Source: a virus
Taxonomy: Duplodnaviria; Caudoviricetes
Direction: 5' to 3' (one strand)
IMG/VR virus record: IMGVR_UViG_3300033074_001674
Location: 32,001-96,000 of that record
Length of the DNA: 64,000 bases
Made by a program: the position numbers and the translations under genes. Shown in pieces: positions 1-8,433 of the stretch. The notes beneath the pieces were generated by a model, which was not told the origin of the DNA, did not search any database, and worked only from the letters and a program-made list of their open reading frames with translations. Numbering within the stretch: the stretch's first letter is position 1; each line of letters opens with the position of its first letter.

Positions 1-252
1 GATTTTTGCTTAGTGGCGTGCGGTCCAAACGCTAGGCTTTTAAGCGTACTATCACTGGCACATGCTAGTCTATCCGATGATAGAAGCATCAAATCTTCTA
101 TCTATAAAAGAATAAATTATAATGGTGGATTAAATAGCATGACAATATGTGAAATGCGCGAAATGGTCAGACCAAAAATTAAGCTGCCAACTACCAGAGA
201 AATCCTTATAATGGAAATTTCAGAAGTAGCCGATGTACCATCTAATATTTAA
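1..252 (+). CDS. CGPNA-family small protein (paralog 1, 5'-truncated by the window edge)
   Basis: Frame is open from base 1: DFCLVACGPNARLLSVLSLAHASL, matching the family motif. Confidence 0.7.
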   Translation, partial: DFCLVACGPNARLLSVLSLAHASLSDDRSIKSSIYKRINYNGGLNSMTICEMREMVRPKIKLPTTREILIMEISEVADVPSNI

Positions 253-526
253 ATTAGAGCCAGGCGAAGAATCTTGTGCGCTAGCACTAGCCAATCCAAG
301 AAAAGTGACTTTAAAATCTGTGCTAAATGAGGCCATAGAAGGTCTAAAGGCTTTTGGCGACAGAGAAGCTCTATTAAATAGTATAACTGAGACACAAAAA
401 TTATTTGATGCATGGAGATATCTATCTATCAATGAAATTATATACAGATTTGGGAGTAGTGACAAAATTGGTTTTAAATTGGAAAATGCTACTACATTAA
501 GAATTATATTAAAATGTATAAAATAA
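233..526 (+). CDS. CGPNA-family small protein (paralog 2, divergent)
   Basis: EESCALALANPRKVTLKSVLNEAIEGL; closest to 4945..5220. Confidence 0.65.
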   Translation: MYHLIFKLEPGEESCALALANPRKVTLKSVLNEAIEGLKAFGDREALLNSITETQKLFDAWRYLSINEIIYRFGSSDKIGFKLENATTLRIILKCIK

Positions 527-774
527 CACTAGAATGTAGATGTGACAAAAAGTGCGGCACATGCACACTTTATTGTGGCCCAAATGCCAAACTGAAAGAT
601 GTACTACAGGTTGCCGCAAATAACCTTGAGGCAGATATTAAACGCGAACATCTAACATTTAGAATCAAAGATAGGATACTGTTCGGAGGGCATTGGAACA
701 AAAGTACAATAAGTAGCCTTGTTGCAGACATGCTTCCCGTTAATGGAATTTATATTTATAGGGAGAAACTATAA
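514..774 (+). CDS. CGPNA-family small protein (paralog 3)
   Basis: CTLYCGPNAKLKDVLQVAANNL. Confidence 0.75.
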   Translation: MYKITLECRCDKKCGTCTLYCGPNAKLKDVLQVAANNLEADIKREHLTFRIKDRILFGGHWNKSTISSLVADMLPVNGIYIYREKL

Positions 775-1262
775 TGCCGCTTTTTATTAAGTGCTCTCTT
801 TGTGAGCAGTTTCATCAAAAACACAATGAGCCGCTTAGAAGGTGCGGCAAATTGGTATTTATTCCTGCCTACGGATGGATTGAATGGAGCGCGGATGCTG
901 CGGTCAATATTAATTTTGGGAGAGCCATGAATACAAGAGCACTTTGTAGATATTGTAGAAGGTATCACACGGCATTTGAGGATTGTGTGCCGGGATATCA
1001 AGTAGCTGGCGTGCCTAAAACAATAGGAAATAAAGAAACAGAAAAATTATTGCCTGTGCGCACAGATAAAGATTCCAGCAATACGACCACGACCGGCGCG
1101 GAAAATCCAATTAGAGTAGAGCGGGTATATATCGGTGGCGCTAAGCAAGAGCAGCCTGAGCCCACTCCGATTAAACAAATAGAGCCACGCCAAACAACGA
1201 AGGATGTTGTTAAGGAAATATTAAAGAGGATTGAGGCGGCCAAATGTCTAGAAGCAACTTAG
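774..1262 (+). CDS. hypothetical protein with putative Zn-binding N-terminus
   Basis: CSLC and CRYC pairs, low-complexity C-terminus; TAATG coupling to the upstream gene. Confidence 0.6.
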   Translation: MPLFIKCSLCEQFHQKHNEPLRRCGKLVFIPAYGWIEWSADAAVNINFGRAMNTRALCRYCRRYHTAFEDCVPGYQVAGVPKTIGNKETEKLLPVRTDKDSSNTTTTGAENPIRVERVYIGGAKQEQPEPTPIKQIEPRQTTKDVVKEILKRIEAAKCLEAT

Positions 1263-1441
1263 ACATCTATAGAGAATCCAAAGATAGAATGAGGAGAGCT
1301 AAAAATCTATTCATGACCACGCACGAATGGAAGATAGCTAGGGGATTGGCAGAGCCTAAAGACCATTCTTGGATTTGGAAGATATTACTATGCGCCGCCG
1401 CATTTATATTGGCGGCGAACATGTGGAGATTATCACCTTAA
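1244..1441 (+). CDS. small membrane protein
   Basis: C-terminal hydrophobic segment IWKILLCAAAFILAA. Confidence 0.55.
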   Translation: MSRSNLDIYRESKDRMRRAKNLFMTTHEWKIARGLAEPKDHSWIWKILLCAAAFILAANMWRLSP

Positions 1442-1657
1442 ATGAGCCACTTAAAAGTACTATTATGGTTAGCAGATAGTGAGTGCGAGCTCGCTTGTGG
1501 AGAAAATACGAGGGTTAGAGATGTTTTAAGAACTGCGGCTAATAATACGTCAGGAGATATTAGAGCTGCGCTTTATGATGTTGCTGAGGTTTTGCCGAAC
1601 ATGTTCATTAAAGAATGGATTGATGTTTCAAAGGACATGATTCTTATGGCGATGTAG
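1442..1657 (+). CDS. CGPNA-family small protein (paralog 4, short)
   Basis: SECELACGENTRVRDVLRTAANNT. Confidence 0.7.
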   Translation: MSHLKVLLWLADSECELACGENTRVRDVLRTAANNTSGDIRAALYDVAEVLPNMFIKEWIDVSKDMILMAM

Positions 1658-1874
1658 AGTTTTCCGTAATCGTAACTACTCAGAATCCGGATGACGGCTC
1701 ATTTGAAATTGAAATGGGAAAATACAAAAAGAAACTAAAAGAATGGAACGATTGGAACAAAGAACACGCAGAGGAAATAGCTGCGCTTAAAAAAGAACGG
1801 GCTGCGAAGAAAAAAGAAAATAAAGCACTAATACGTGAACTTCAAAAAGAAATAGAGAAATTAAAACGAGAACA

Positions 1875-2330
1875 ATGACACGACTATTATTATTGTTGTT
1901 CATGCTAATCGTCCCCGGCTGCTCCTGGATTCAGCCATCATTTATTAGCGAAAACAGTTATAGTGTAGCATCAGTAGATTCAGGAGAGAATCTCGGTGGA
2001 CATTTTGATGAAGATGACAATTGGGTTCCTGATAATCCAGATATATCTCTGACATATAAAATACCCGATATATCTAGCGGCATTATATTCGATGCAAGCG
2101 ATTTCAAAGTCACTCCAACTCTCCAGGTGGAGTTATTTGAATTTGACACACATATCCCATACGTTAATAGGCTCGTGGTAGATTTTGGCGTAGGGTATCA
2201 ACGGACATTTATTTATGTTGGCAAACTGTGGACTTCAATATTTGAGATAACAACTGGTGGTTTCGTTGGATGGGACTGGGAAGAAAAAGACCTGTCCTAT
2301 GGCATAGGGGCAACAATAATAAGGTTCTAA
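1875..2330 (+). CDS. putative lipoprotein with beta-strand-rich C-terminus
   Basis: Signal peptide with VPGC lipobox; amphipathic strands ending LSYGIGATIIRF. Confidence 0.65.
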   Translation: MTRLLLLLFMLIVPGCSWIQPSFISENSYSVASVDSGENLGGHFDEDDNWVPDNPDISLTYKIPDISSGIIFDASDFKVTPTLQVELFEFDTHIPYVNRLVVDFGVGYQRTFIYVGKLWTSIFEITTGGFVGWDWEEKDLSYGIGATIIRF

Positions 2331-2331
2331 T

Positions 2332-3201
2332 ATGAGCTATATCCTTAACAAAAATGGTCTTCAAAAAGCAAAGACTGCAAATGGCTTAAATGGCGCTCAT
2401 GCCGACGCATATCGCATCAAATATGATTTTCTTGGCGATGATATGGTAAAGTTGGAATCTTTTGAAAACCAAGCTTGTTTTTCGCAAATGCCATCACAAA
2501 TATTAAAGCACAGAGATAAAGTCAAATATATTAGGCTTTATCATAGAATGCCATTGCCAACGCCAAATTGGCCAGACATGGAACAGGATGTTATATGGTG
2601 GCTCAGCAAGGCCCTTGAGGAAGGAGGACTAATCCTATCAACAAAAGACACAACTGGATGGGATATATATACGGATGGACTCACAATCCCATTAAGCCAT
2701 CCGCTTGCCACAATAGATAAAGTGTATATCGCCGGCACAATACTGCGGATGCCAAATGAATTTAGCGCCATGGTAAGGACCACTATACATTTAGTCAAAA
2801 ATTGCTCGGTCCCGTTCTGGCCTGCTTTTTATTACACGCATGGACAATTTAATGTGGGGACTGGCCATTCATTCTTAAGCTTGGGCACATCTCCTTACTA
2901 TAAAGGCTATAGATTATCTTTGGATGGAGTAAAAGAATTCCATTCATACATGAAGGATAGAAAAGTAAAGATGTCCCGCATAGAAGATATGATTAATAAA
3001 GCAGCGCCTAAACAATACAATGCATGGGACTGGCATGGCACTGCCAATATTGTCACGCCAACAACCAAAAGTGCGGCAGTTAGCGATGCCATCAAAACAA
3101 TTTACCCGCCAATACGAGACTATTTGAACGAAATTGACCCAGGCAAGTTAGACTCTATCTATAAAGAAATTCAATCTCTAGACCATACAAAAGAGGCGTA
3201 A
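2332..3201 (+). CDS. hypothetical protein (289 aa)
   Basis: Long ORF packed directly against its neighbours; no motif recognised. Confidence 0.7.
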   Translation: MSYILNKNGLQKAKTANGLNGAHADAYRIKYDFLGDDMVKLESFENQACFSQMPSQILKHRDKVKYIRLYHRMPLPTPNWPDMEQDVIWWLSKALEEGGLILSTKDTTGWDIYTDGLTIPLSHPLATIDKVYIAGTILRMPNEFSAMVRTTIHLVKNCSVPFWPAFYYTHGQFNVGTGHSFLSLGTSPYYKGYRLSLDGVKEFHSYMKDRKVKMSRIEDMINKAAPKQYNAWDWHGTANIVTPTTKSAAVSDAIKTIYPPIRDYLNEIDPGKLDSIYKEIQSLDHTKEA

Positions 3202-3888
3202 ATGTACTGTTTAGTTGTAGGTGGTGCAATGGGATATTTTATTCCAGCCAACCATTTGGGATTAATCCCGACTGATGACCTATCTATTCTTAACACGCCA
3301 GAAAAAGTGAAGTTAGCCATTTTTACAGGCGGTGAGGATGTTGACCCATCTCTGTACGGCCACGTCATGGATAGAACAACAGGCTCTAATATAAGAAGAG
3401 ACAAGTATGAAGTTGGTGCATTCCACGCATTAAAGGAATTTAATATACCAAAGGTGGGAATATGTAGGGGCGCACAGTTTTTGTGCGTGATGGCTGGCGG
3501 GTCATTAATCCAAGATGTAACAGGTCATGGGTCGAACCATTACCTTGTATTTAGGGATAAAGATGGCGCGATGAAAAAGTCGCCAGAGAAGGTTACATCC
3601 ACACATCACCAAATGCAATATCCATGGGATTTGCCGGAGGATAATTTTAAGGTTTTGGCCGGCTCTCCTAGCCCAATCTCTAATCATTATGTGTGGAATA
3701 ATCGCAAGTATTATTCAAATCAATTGGAGATTCCTCAGCAGTTCTGGGTAGAACCGGATGTTGTGCATTATCCGAAAATTAATGCGCTGGGCATACAATA
3801 TCATCCAGAGTGGATGCCCGAGAATTCGTGGGGGATGATATACGCAAGAGGCTTAATAAGTAGTCTTGTGAATGGCGATGACATATAG
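3202..3888 (+). CDS. class I glutamine amidotransferase, peptidase C26 (gamma-glutamyl hydrolase-like)
   Basis: TGGEDVDP, GICRGAQ (catalytic Cys), STHHQ, GIQYHPE (His-Glu). Confidence 0.9.
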   Translation: MYCLVVGGAMGYFIPANHLGLIPTDDLSILNTPEKVKLAIFTGGEDVDPSLYGHVMDRTTGSNIRRDKYEVGAFHALKEFNIPKVGICRGAQFLCVMAGGSLIQDVTGHGSNHYLVFRDKDGAMKKSPEKVTSTHHQMQYPWDLPEDNFKVLAGSPSPISNHYVWNNRKYYSNQLEIPQQFWVEPDVVHYPKINALGIQYHPEWMPENSWGMIYARGLISSLVNGDDI

Positions 3889-4171
3889 AGTTAATATAAC
3901 CTATGCGATGCAATCATGCGAGTTGCTTTGTGGAGAAAATGCAAAACTACTAAAAATATTTAGTGTTGCATATCGAAACTTAACATCCATAGCTATGGAT
4001 AGAAATAGGAGCTCCCTAGCAAGCAAAATTTATACTCTAATATTAGCGTTTGAAAGGTCAGCTGAAACTATTTCTTATATAGATAAGGAATGGACAAAAA
4101 AATACGACATGGTGATTCTTAGAGAAGGATACCTGGGACAAGGAGTTTACTTGACATGGGAATACGCATGA
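3872..4171 (+). CDS. CGPNA-family small protein (paralog 5)
   Basis: QSCELLCGENAKLLKIFSVAYRNL. Confidence 0.7.
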   Translation: MAMTYRVNITYAMQSCELLCGENAKLLKIFSVAYRNLTSIAMDRNRSSLASKIYTLILAFERSAETISYIDKEWTKKYDMVILREGYLGQGVYLTWEYA

Positions 4172-4653
4172 AATATGCTCCTATTAATATTGTGAGAGTT
4201 AATAGAGATAGTACGCTAGGAAAACTGGCTTTAAATGTGATGGACTCTCATAATAATGGTAGAATAACGCAAGAATCACTAGACATGTTCCGCGAAGATT
4301 ATTCTCTCCTGGAAGACTTTCAATATCACACAGTGATTATGGCCGCAATCTTTAAGGGTGAGGTCATAGGAATATCTGCTGGAGTTGTTGATGGGTTCGA
4401 AATGCTTAATGGCATTACAGTGGTACATCAAAAATACAGGAGATTAGGTGTTGGTTTCAAGCTTATGATGGCAAAAGCTAAAGAAATAAGTAACTATTTC
4501 CCAAATGTAAAAATCGCGACAAAGGTCGCAGCCAACAATATCCCATCGATGAGGTCACTAATTAAGGCTAACTTTAAGGCGACAGAAATCACAACACACA
4601 GAAAAAACAACGGGTCGCTGGTAGACTGTTTTACATTTACGTGGCCCAAATGA
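4168..4653 (+). CDS. GNAT-family N-acetyltransferase
   Basis: Motif A VHQKYRRLGVG and motif B NIPS; ATG at 4168 overlaps the upstream TGA. Confidence 0.8.
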   Translation: MKYAPINIVRVNRDSTLGKLALNVMDSHNNGRITQESLDMFREDYSLLEDFQYHTVIMAAIFKGEVIGISAGVVDGFEMLNGITVVHQKYRRLGVGFKLMMAKAKEISNYFPNVKIATKVAANNIPSMRSLIKANFKATEITTHRKNNGSLVDCFTFTWPK

Positions 4654-4967
4654 TTTGTAGACTATATGTAGATGGCTCTAACACACAGAAGTGTTACTTG
4701 CGTATCAGAGATGATAAAATCGAATATGTGACATACAATGATATTTTAAAGGTCGCTTACGACAATTTAAGATGCGACCCACTAAGGTGGAATTTTGCTT
4801 GCGCAATAAATGATGAGATTGGTAAAAGATGGACAAAAGGAATACCTTTTAAGTTTGGATATAAAACGGCGCCTATCGCACTTTTCGACGCGTACATTAA
4901 CCCAGATTCCCCACATATGAATAGAATAGTATTGGCTCAATATAATGGTGAAATTAATCATCGCTAA
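4650..4967 (+). CDS. CGPNA-family small protein (paralog 6, divergent)
   Basis: QKCYLRIRDD...VTYNDILKVAYDNL; ATGA overlap with the upstream gene. Confidence 0.6.
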   Translation: MICRLYVDGSNTQKCYLRIRDDKIEYVTYNDILKVAYDNLRCDPLRWNFACAINDEIGKRWTKGIPFKFGYKTAPIALFDAYINPDSPHMNRIVLAQYNGEINHR

Positions 4968-5220
4968 TGAGGAGTGTGAACTTGCGCTTAAAGATGACGC
5001 GCTAAACAAAATAACATATCTAATGATATTAGATGAGGCAGAGAGAGGATTAATACATACAGGAGATAGACAGAGCTTATTGAAAGCGATTAAATATTGC
5101 AAATCAAGGCCTTGGGCAAATGACAGAACGCTTATGGCAATAAAAGAAACGGAAGATTTAGTTCTTTATGGTGGATATGTGTTGACGTTACAACGAGGGC
5201 CGGAAATAGTATCGAACTGA
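4945..5220 (+). CDS. CGPNA-family small protein (paralog 7, divergent)
   Basis: EECELALKDD...ITYLMILDEAERGL...GDRQSLL. Confidence 0.6.
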   Translation: MVKLIIANEECELALKDDALNKITYLMILDEAERGLIHTGDRQSLLKAIKYCKSRPWANDRTLMAIKETEDLVLYGGYVLTLQRGPEIVSN

Positions 5221-5567
5221 TAAGTAAGAGCAAAACTAGCAGGCCGTGGTTGAGCGCTGGCCACGTTAAAAAGCGTTCAAACTTAAAGTGCCAAGACCAC
5301 TTCAAAGTCTTATCGGGGTGGACGGACTCGTGCCGCTCGCCTCAGCGCTCTAAGCGCCGCTGCCTAATTAGCGTTATTTATTAGGGTGGCTCCTCAGCGC
5401 ACAATCTGAGGAGTTACAGCACATCGAGTCGAGAAGCTGTGACTATTTAGACTTGCGTTGCGCATTAAGAGGTAAATGCGATATTTCGTCAACTAGAAAA
5501 GTTGTCTAAGCCTGTAGAAAGTTTGCAATTTTTATCAGTGACCCGGGGGCAGTACCCGGCCGGTCCA
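5197..5567 (+). ncRNA. ssrA: tmRNA, one-piece; tag AKTTSKSYRGGRTRAARLSALSAAA* at 5290-5367
   Basis: Acceptor stem GGGCCGG (5197-5203) / CCGGTCC (5560-5566) with G3.U wobble and discriminator A; T-arm CCGGG-GGCAGTA-CCCGG; P2 helix ACTGATAA/TTATCAGT; pseudoknot CGTGG/CCACG plus TGAGCGCT/AGCGTTCA before a GCC resume codon; tag ends AAA-stop. Confidence 0.93.
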
Positions 5568-5588
5568 TTTAATTATTGGAAGAATATT

Positions 5589-5867
5589 ATGGAATTCCTA
5601 GAGTTTAAATTGTGGACTAGCACCATACCACAAGAGACGTGCATAATTAGGTGTGGGCACAAAGCATCTTTCGATAAAGTGATTTTAACCGCGCTTGAGA
5701 ATACCCCTCACGAAAAACTAAAAAAAGAATTAAAGATTGTGTGCGAAAATTATTGCAACAGAGGATATTCAGTTAAAGGATATTGGGATGTGTCACAAAG
5801 ACAGGGGAGAGAATACCGAAGCATACTAAGGGAAATAGAGATACTGTGCAGAATAGTTAGGGATTAA
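5589..5867 (+). CDS. CGPNA-family small protein (paralog 8)
   Basis: ETCIIRCGHKASFDKVILTALENT; start moved to ATG 5589, downstream of the tmRNA. Confidence 0.65.
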   Translation: MEFLEFKLWTSTIPQETCIIRCGHKASFDKVILTALENTPHEKLKKELKIVCENYCNRGYSVKGYWDVSQRQGREYRSILREIEILCRIVRD

Positions 5868-5868
5868 C

Positions 5869-6162
5869 GTGGGTAAATATTTTAAAATTACTCTTAGTTG
5901 TAGGGACCTAAATGAAGAATGCTTAATTCATGCAGGGCCTAATGCCACTATGGCAAAAGCCGTGAATTCTACTTTAGATTTTATAAAAGATAAATGTCCT
6001 CGTCTTGCAATTATCCTTAAATCATATAAGTTACAAGGCAAGAGATTTTATAATCATAAATTATGCGATGCCTATGGTATAGTGTGTAGATACGGCCCAT
6101 ATGAATCACATTTTGACTATAACCAACCACAAGTTAGCTACACTATAGAAATGCGAAGCTAA
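5869..6162 (+). CDS. CGPNA-family small protein (paralog 9)
   Basis: EECLIHAGPNATMAKAVNSTL. Confidence 0.7.
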   Translation: MGKYFKITLSCRDLNEECLIHAGPNATMAKAVNSTLDFIKDKCPRLAIILKSYKLQGKRFYNHKLCDAYGIVCRYGPYESHFDYNQPQVSYTIEMRS

Positions 6163-6258
6163 CTTAATTACATTACAATTACTAGCGCCCGCGCAGCGGC
6201 AACGAAATAACATTAGAGCACAATGACGTGCGGTCTGCAAGCTAAAAGGAGCTGCGCT

Positions 6259-6624
6259 ATGAATAGAGGAGATATTTTTGAGTTTAACGGCGATAGATTT
6301 GTTGCTCGCGACACTAGCGGGACCACAGTTGTGGCGTCAAAGCTAGGTCTCGACAAGAATGGAGTTGAGCATCCACGAGTTGGAAAGCCTCGCACATTCA
6401 AGAATCTTGACGCGAAGGTTGTTGGTTTTATGAAGTTAGTTGATAGGAGAAAGCCCGGCACTGGACACACTTCATTTGTGGAGTCACCAACAGATGAGGA
6501 TGAAGCATCTGGCGAATCTCCTGAGGAGGCACCTGCAGAGGATTCATGGGAAGAGATACAGCGCAAGAAGAAGGTTGTAGAAAATCTTATGAAGCTGACA
6601 GGCGATGGGCCAAGCGAGTGGTAG
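6259..6624 (+). CDS. hypothetical protein with acidic linker
   Basis: AAGGAG RBS before ATG 6259. Confidence 0.65.
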   Translation: MNRGDIFEFNGDRFVARDTSGTTVVASKLGLDKNGVEHPRVGKPRTFKNLDAKVVGFMKLVDRRKPGTGHTSFVESPTDEDEASGESPEEAPAEDSWEEIQRKKKVVENLMKLTGDGPSEW

Positions 6625-6686
6625 TGTAGGGCTGCATGGGACGGGTCCGGCATACCCTTATCAGGTGTCGGGAATAATGGAGATTT

Positions 6687-7007
6687 ATGAATTATTTTGT
6701 TGTAAAAATCTCAGATATAAACGGAGATTCCTGCGAGATTAAATGCGGACCATCTGCCACTTTGCGAAGCATACTTAAAAACGCTGCTGACAATCTAGAT
6801 GCGGACAGGAGTTTAAGTAAGGCGATTATAAGCGTGTGTGGATGCGATTTTGATTCCTGGAACCGACAAATTCGTAATATTGGAAAACATTTCATTATGG
6901 CTAGCGGCGACAATTTAATTATGTTCAAAATAACAGAGATGGTAGAATTTACATCAATGAAGTGGGATAATCATTTTAACATGACATGGAGCAGTGTTCG
7001 TCAATGA
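6687..7007 (+). CDS. CGPNA-family small protein (paralog 10)
   Basis: MNYFVVKISDINGDSCEIKCGPSATLRSILKNAADNL; GGAG RBS. Confidence 0.75.
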   Translation: MNYFVVKISDINGDSCEIKCGPSATLRSILKNAADNLDADRSLSKAIISVCGCDFDSWNRQIRNIGKHFIMASGDNLIMFKITEMVEFTSMKWDNHFNMTWSSVRQ

Positions 7008-7672
7008 AAAAACTACTCCTAATATTAATGTTTGTGATTTCTGGCTGCTCAACAACTAGAAAAACAGACGCGCTAGTAAGCAAGTTTTTATTACCAGTCA
7101 ATGTTGTTGCTGCATATTTTTCCAGCGTAGCTATACATGAGGCTGGCCATGCATGTGGCGGATGTTTGACAGGAGCATACAAATCAGACATTGATGTTGT
7201 TCCAGTCAAAAAGCAAGGCAAGTGGCACCTTGGCTATACTACTAATTATTACAGGCCAGGCACATTATCAAGGTCTGATGAATATATAACGAATTCGTTT
7301 GGGCCCGCTGCCCAGTATCTAGGACACCTTGGATGTAGAGCACTTCTTGAAACAGATAGTGTGCCAAGATTACTCCAACCATTTCTAGGCTGGTTAGACT
7401 TGTTTAATGTGATAGGATATTACTCTCACGTTTTTCAAGGTCTAATTAGAATAGACGAACAATCAGACCTTGTTAAATTAGACCCGTGGGTCTCGTGGGT
7501 AATGCTCGGAGGAGGTCTAGCAATAGATATTCTTGATATAATCTTCATTGATGATGACTTTTCAAAGCGCTTTAAGGTTCTGTTCGGCGAGGATTTTTAT
7601 GAGGCAAAAGAGGACAGACAAATAAGTCTTATCACTACGCCAGGCTTCTTCGGAATAAGATTGGAGTGGTAA
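7004..7672 (+). CDS. membrane/lipoprotein zinc metallopeptidase (M50-like HExxH)
   Basis: MKKLLLILMFVISGC lipobox; AIHEAGH; FGP motif; hydrophobic segments. Confidence 0.65.
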   Translation: MKKLLLILMFVISGCSTTRKTDALVSKFLLPVNVVAAYFSSVAIHEAGHACGGCLTGAYKSDIDVVPVKKQGKWHLGYTTNYYRPGTLSRSDEYITNSFGPAAQYLGHLGCRALLETDSVPRLLQPFLGWLDLFNVIGYYSHVFQGLIRIDEQSDLVKLDPWVSWVMLGGGLAIDILDIIFIDDDFSKRFKVLFGEDFYEAKEDRQISLITTPGFFGIRLEW

Positions 7673-8074
7673 ATGAATTTGAATCATATAGTTCAAATTG
7701 AGGTTGGAGATAGTGGCGGGGATGGACATGGCAAACATGAAACATTCACATATAGCTGCACTCACGATTCATTTGAAGTAAAACAGGCCTTTAAAAAAGG
7801 GACTGATATATTAGGCTTTGATATTACCAAATATTGTGATGCTTATGAAGATAATAGTATACCGCAAGATGTGTACGAAAAGCTAGTAGAGCTTAATGCT
7901 GTTCCAGAATGGCTAATTAGCGATGTTGATGAATTTGAAGAAGAGCCATACGTGGACGCTGAGACATACGCTAACATTTACATGCTTACGGCACAAAAGG
8001 GGCTGCCAGAACTTCGTTATACTATGAGAAGAAACCCGGCAATCAAGGCCGGAGGATACGGATTATTTAGTTAA
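7673..8074 (+). CDS. conserved phage hypothetical protein
   Basis: GDSGGDGHGKHE near N-terminus and GGYGLF at C-terminus, a pattern typical of large-phage hypotheticals. Confidence 0.65.
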   Translation: MNLNHIVQIEVGDSGGDGHGKHETFTYSCTHDSFEVKQAFKKGTDILGFDITKYCDAYEDNSIPQDVYEKLVELNAVPEWLISDVDEFEEEPYVDAETYANIYMLTAQKGLPELRYTMRRNPAIKAGGYGLFS

Positions 8075-8196
8075 AATAGAAACACTTGAGACAGAAACAA
8101 TACTAAGAACTTATATGGTTGCATCAGAAAAGCCGCTACATGTAGAAGAATTGAAAATCTTGGCCGTCAAAGAAATAGAAGTGCAGAGCAAGCAAA

Positions 8197-8433
8197 ATGA
8201 GAGAGCTTAAAAAAATTGCAACGTTCGGCCTTTCATTAAATTTATATTTTATACAAGATGGCGAATATTTATATCCAGAAATTCATGTTGAAGGCCATGC
8301 AGGTACTGGTGGAAAATTTGATGGTCAGTGCATGTCAAAAGAAGATATAAAAGATTTAGGTTTGGCATTAGTTGAGTTTGCCGCATCATTGCCAGATGAT
8401 AAGTATCAATCATTTCAGAAAACAAACAGGTGA
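8197..8433 (+). CDS. hypothetical protein
   Basis: ORF in the co-directional run. Confidence 0.55.
   Translation: MRELKKIATFGLSLNLYFIQDGEYLYPEIHVEGHAGTGGKFDGQCMSKEDIKDLGLALVEFAASLPDDKYQSFQKTNR

Noticed and set aside
5502-5588. TTG-started N-terminal extension of ORF 5502..5867
   Set aside because: It overlaps the tmRNA 3' domain, and ATG 5589 gives the family-typical N-terminus.
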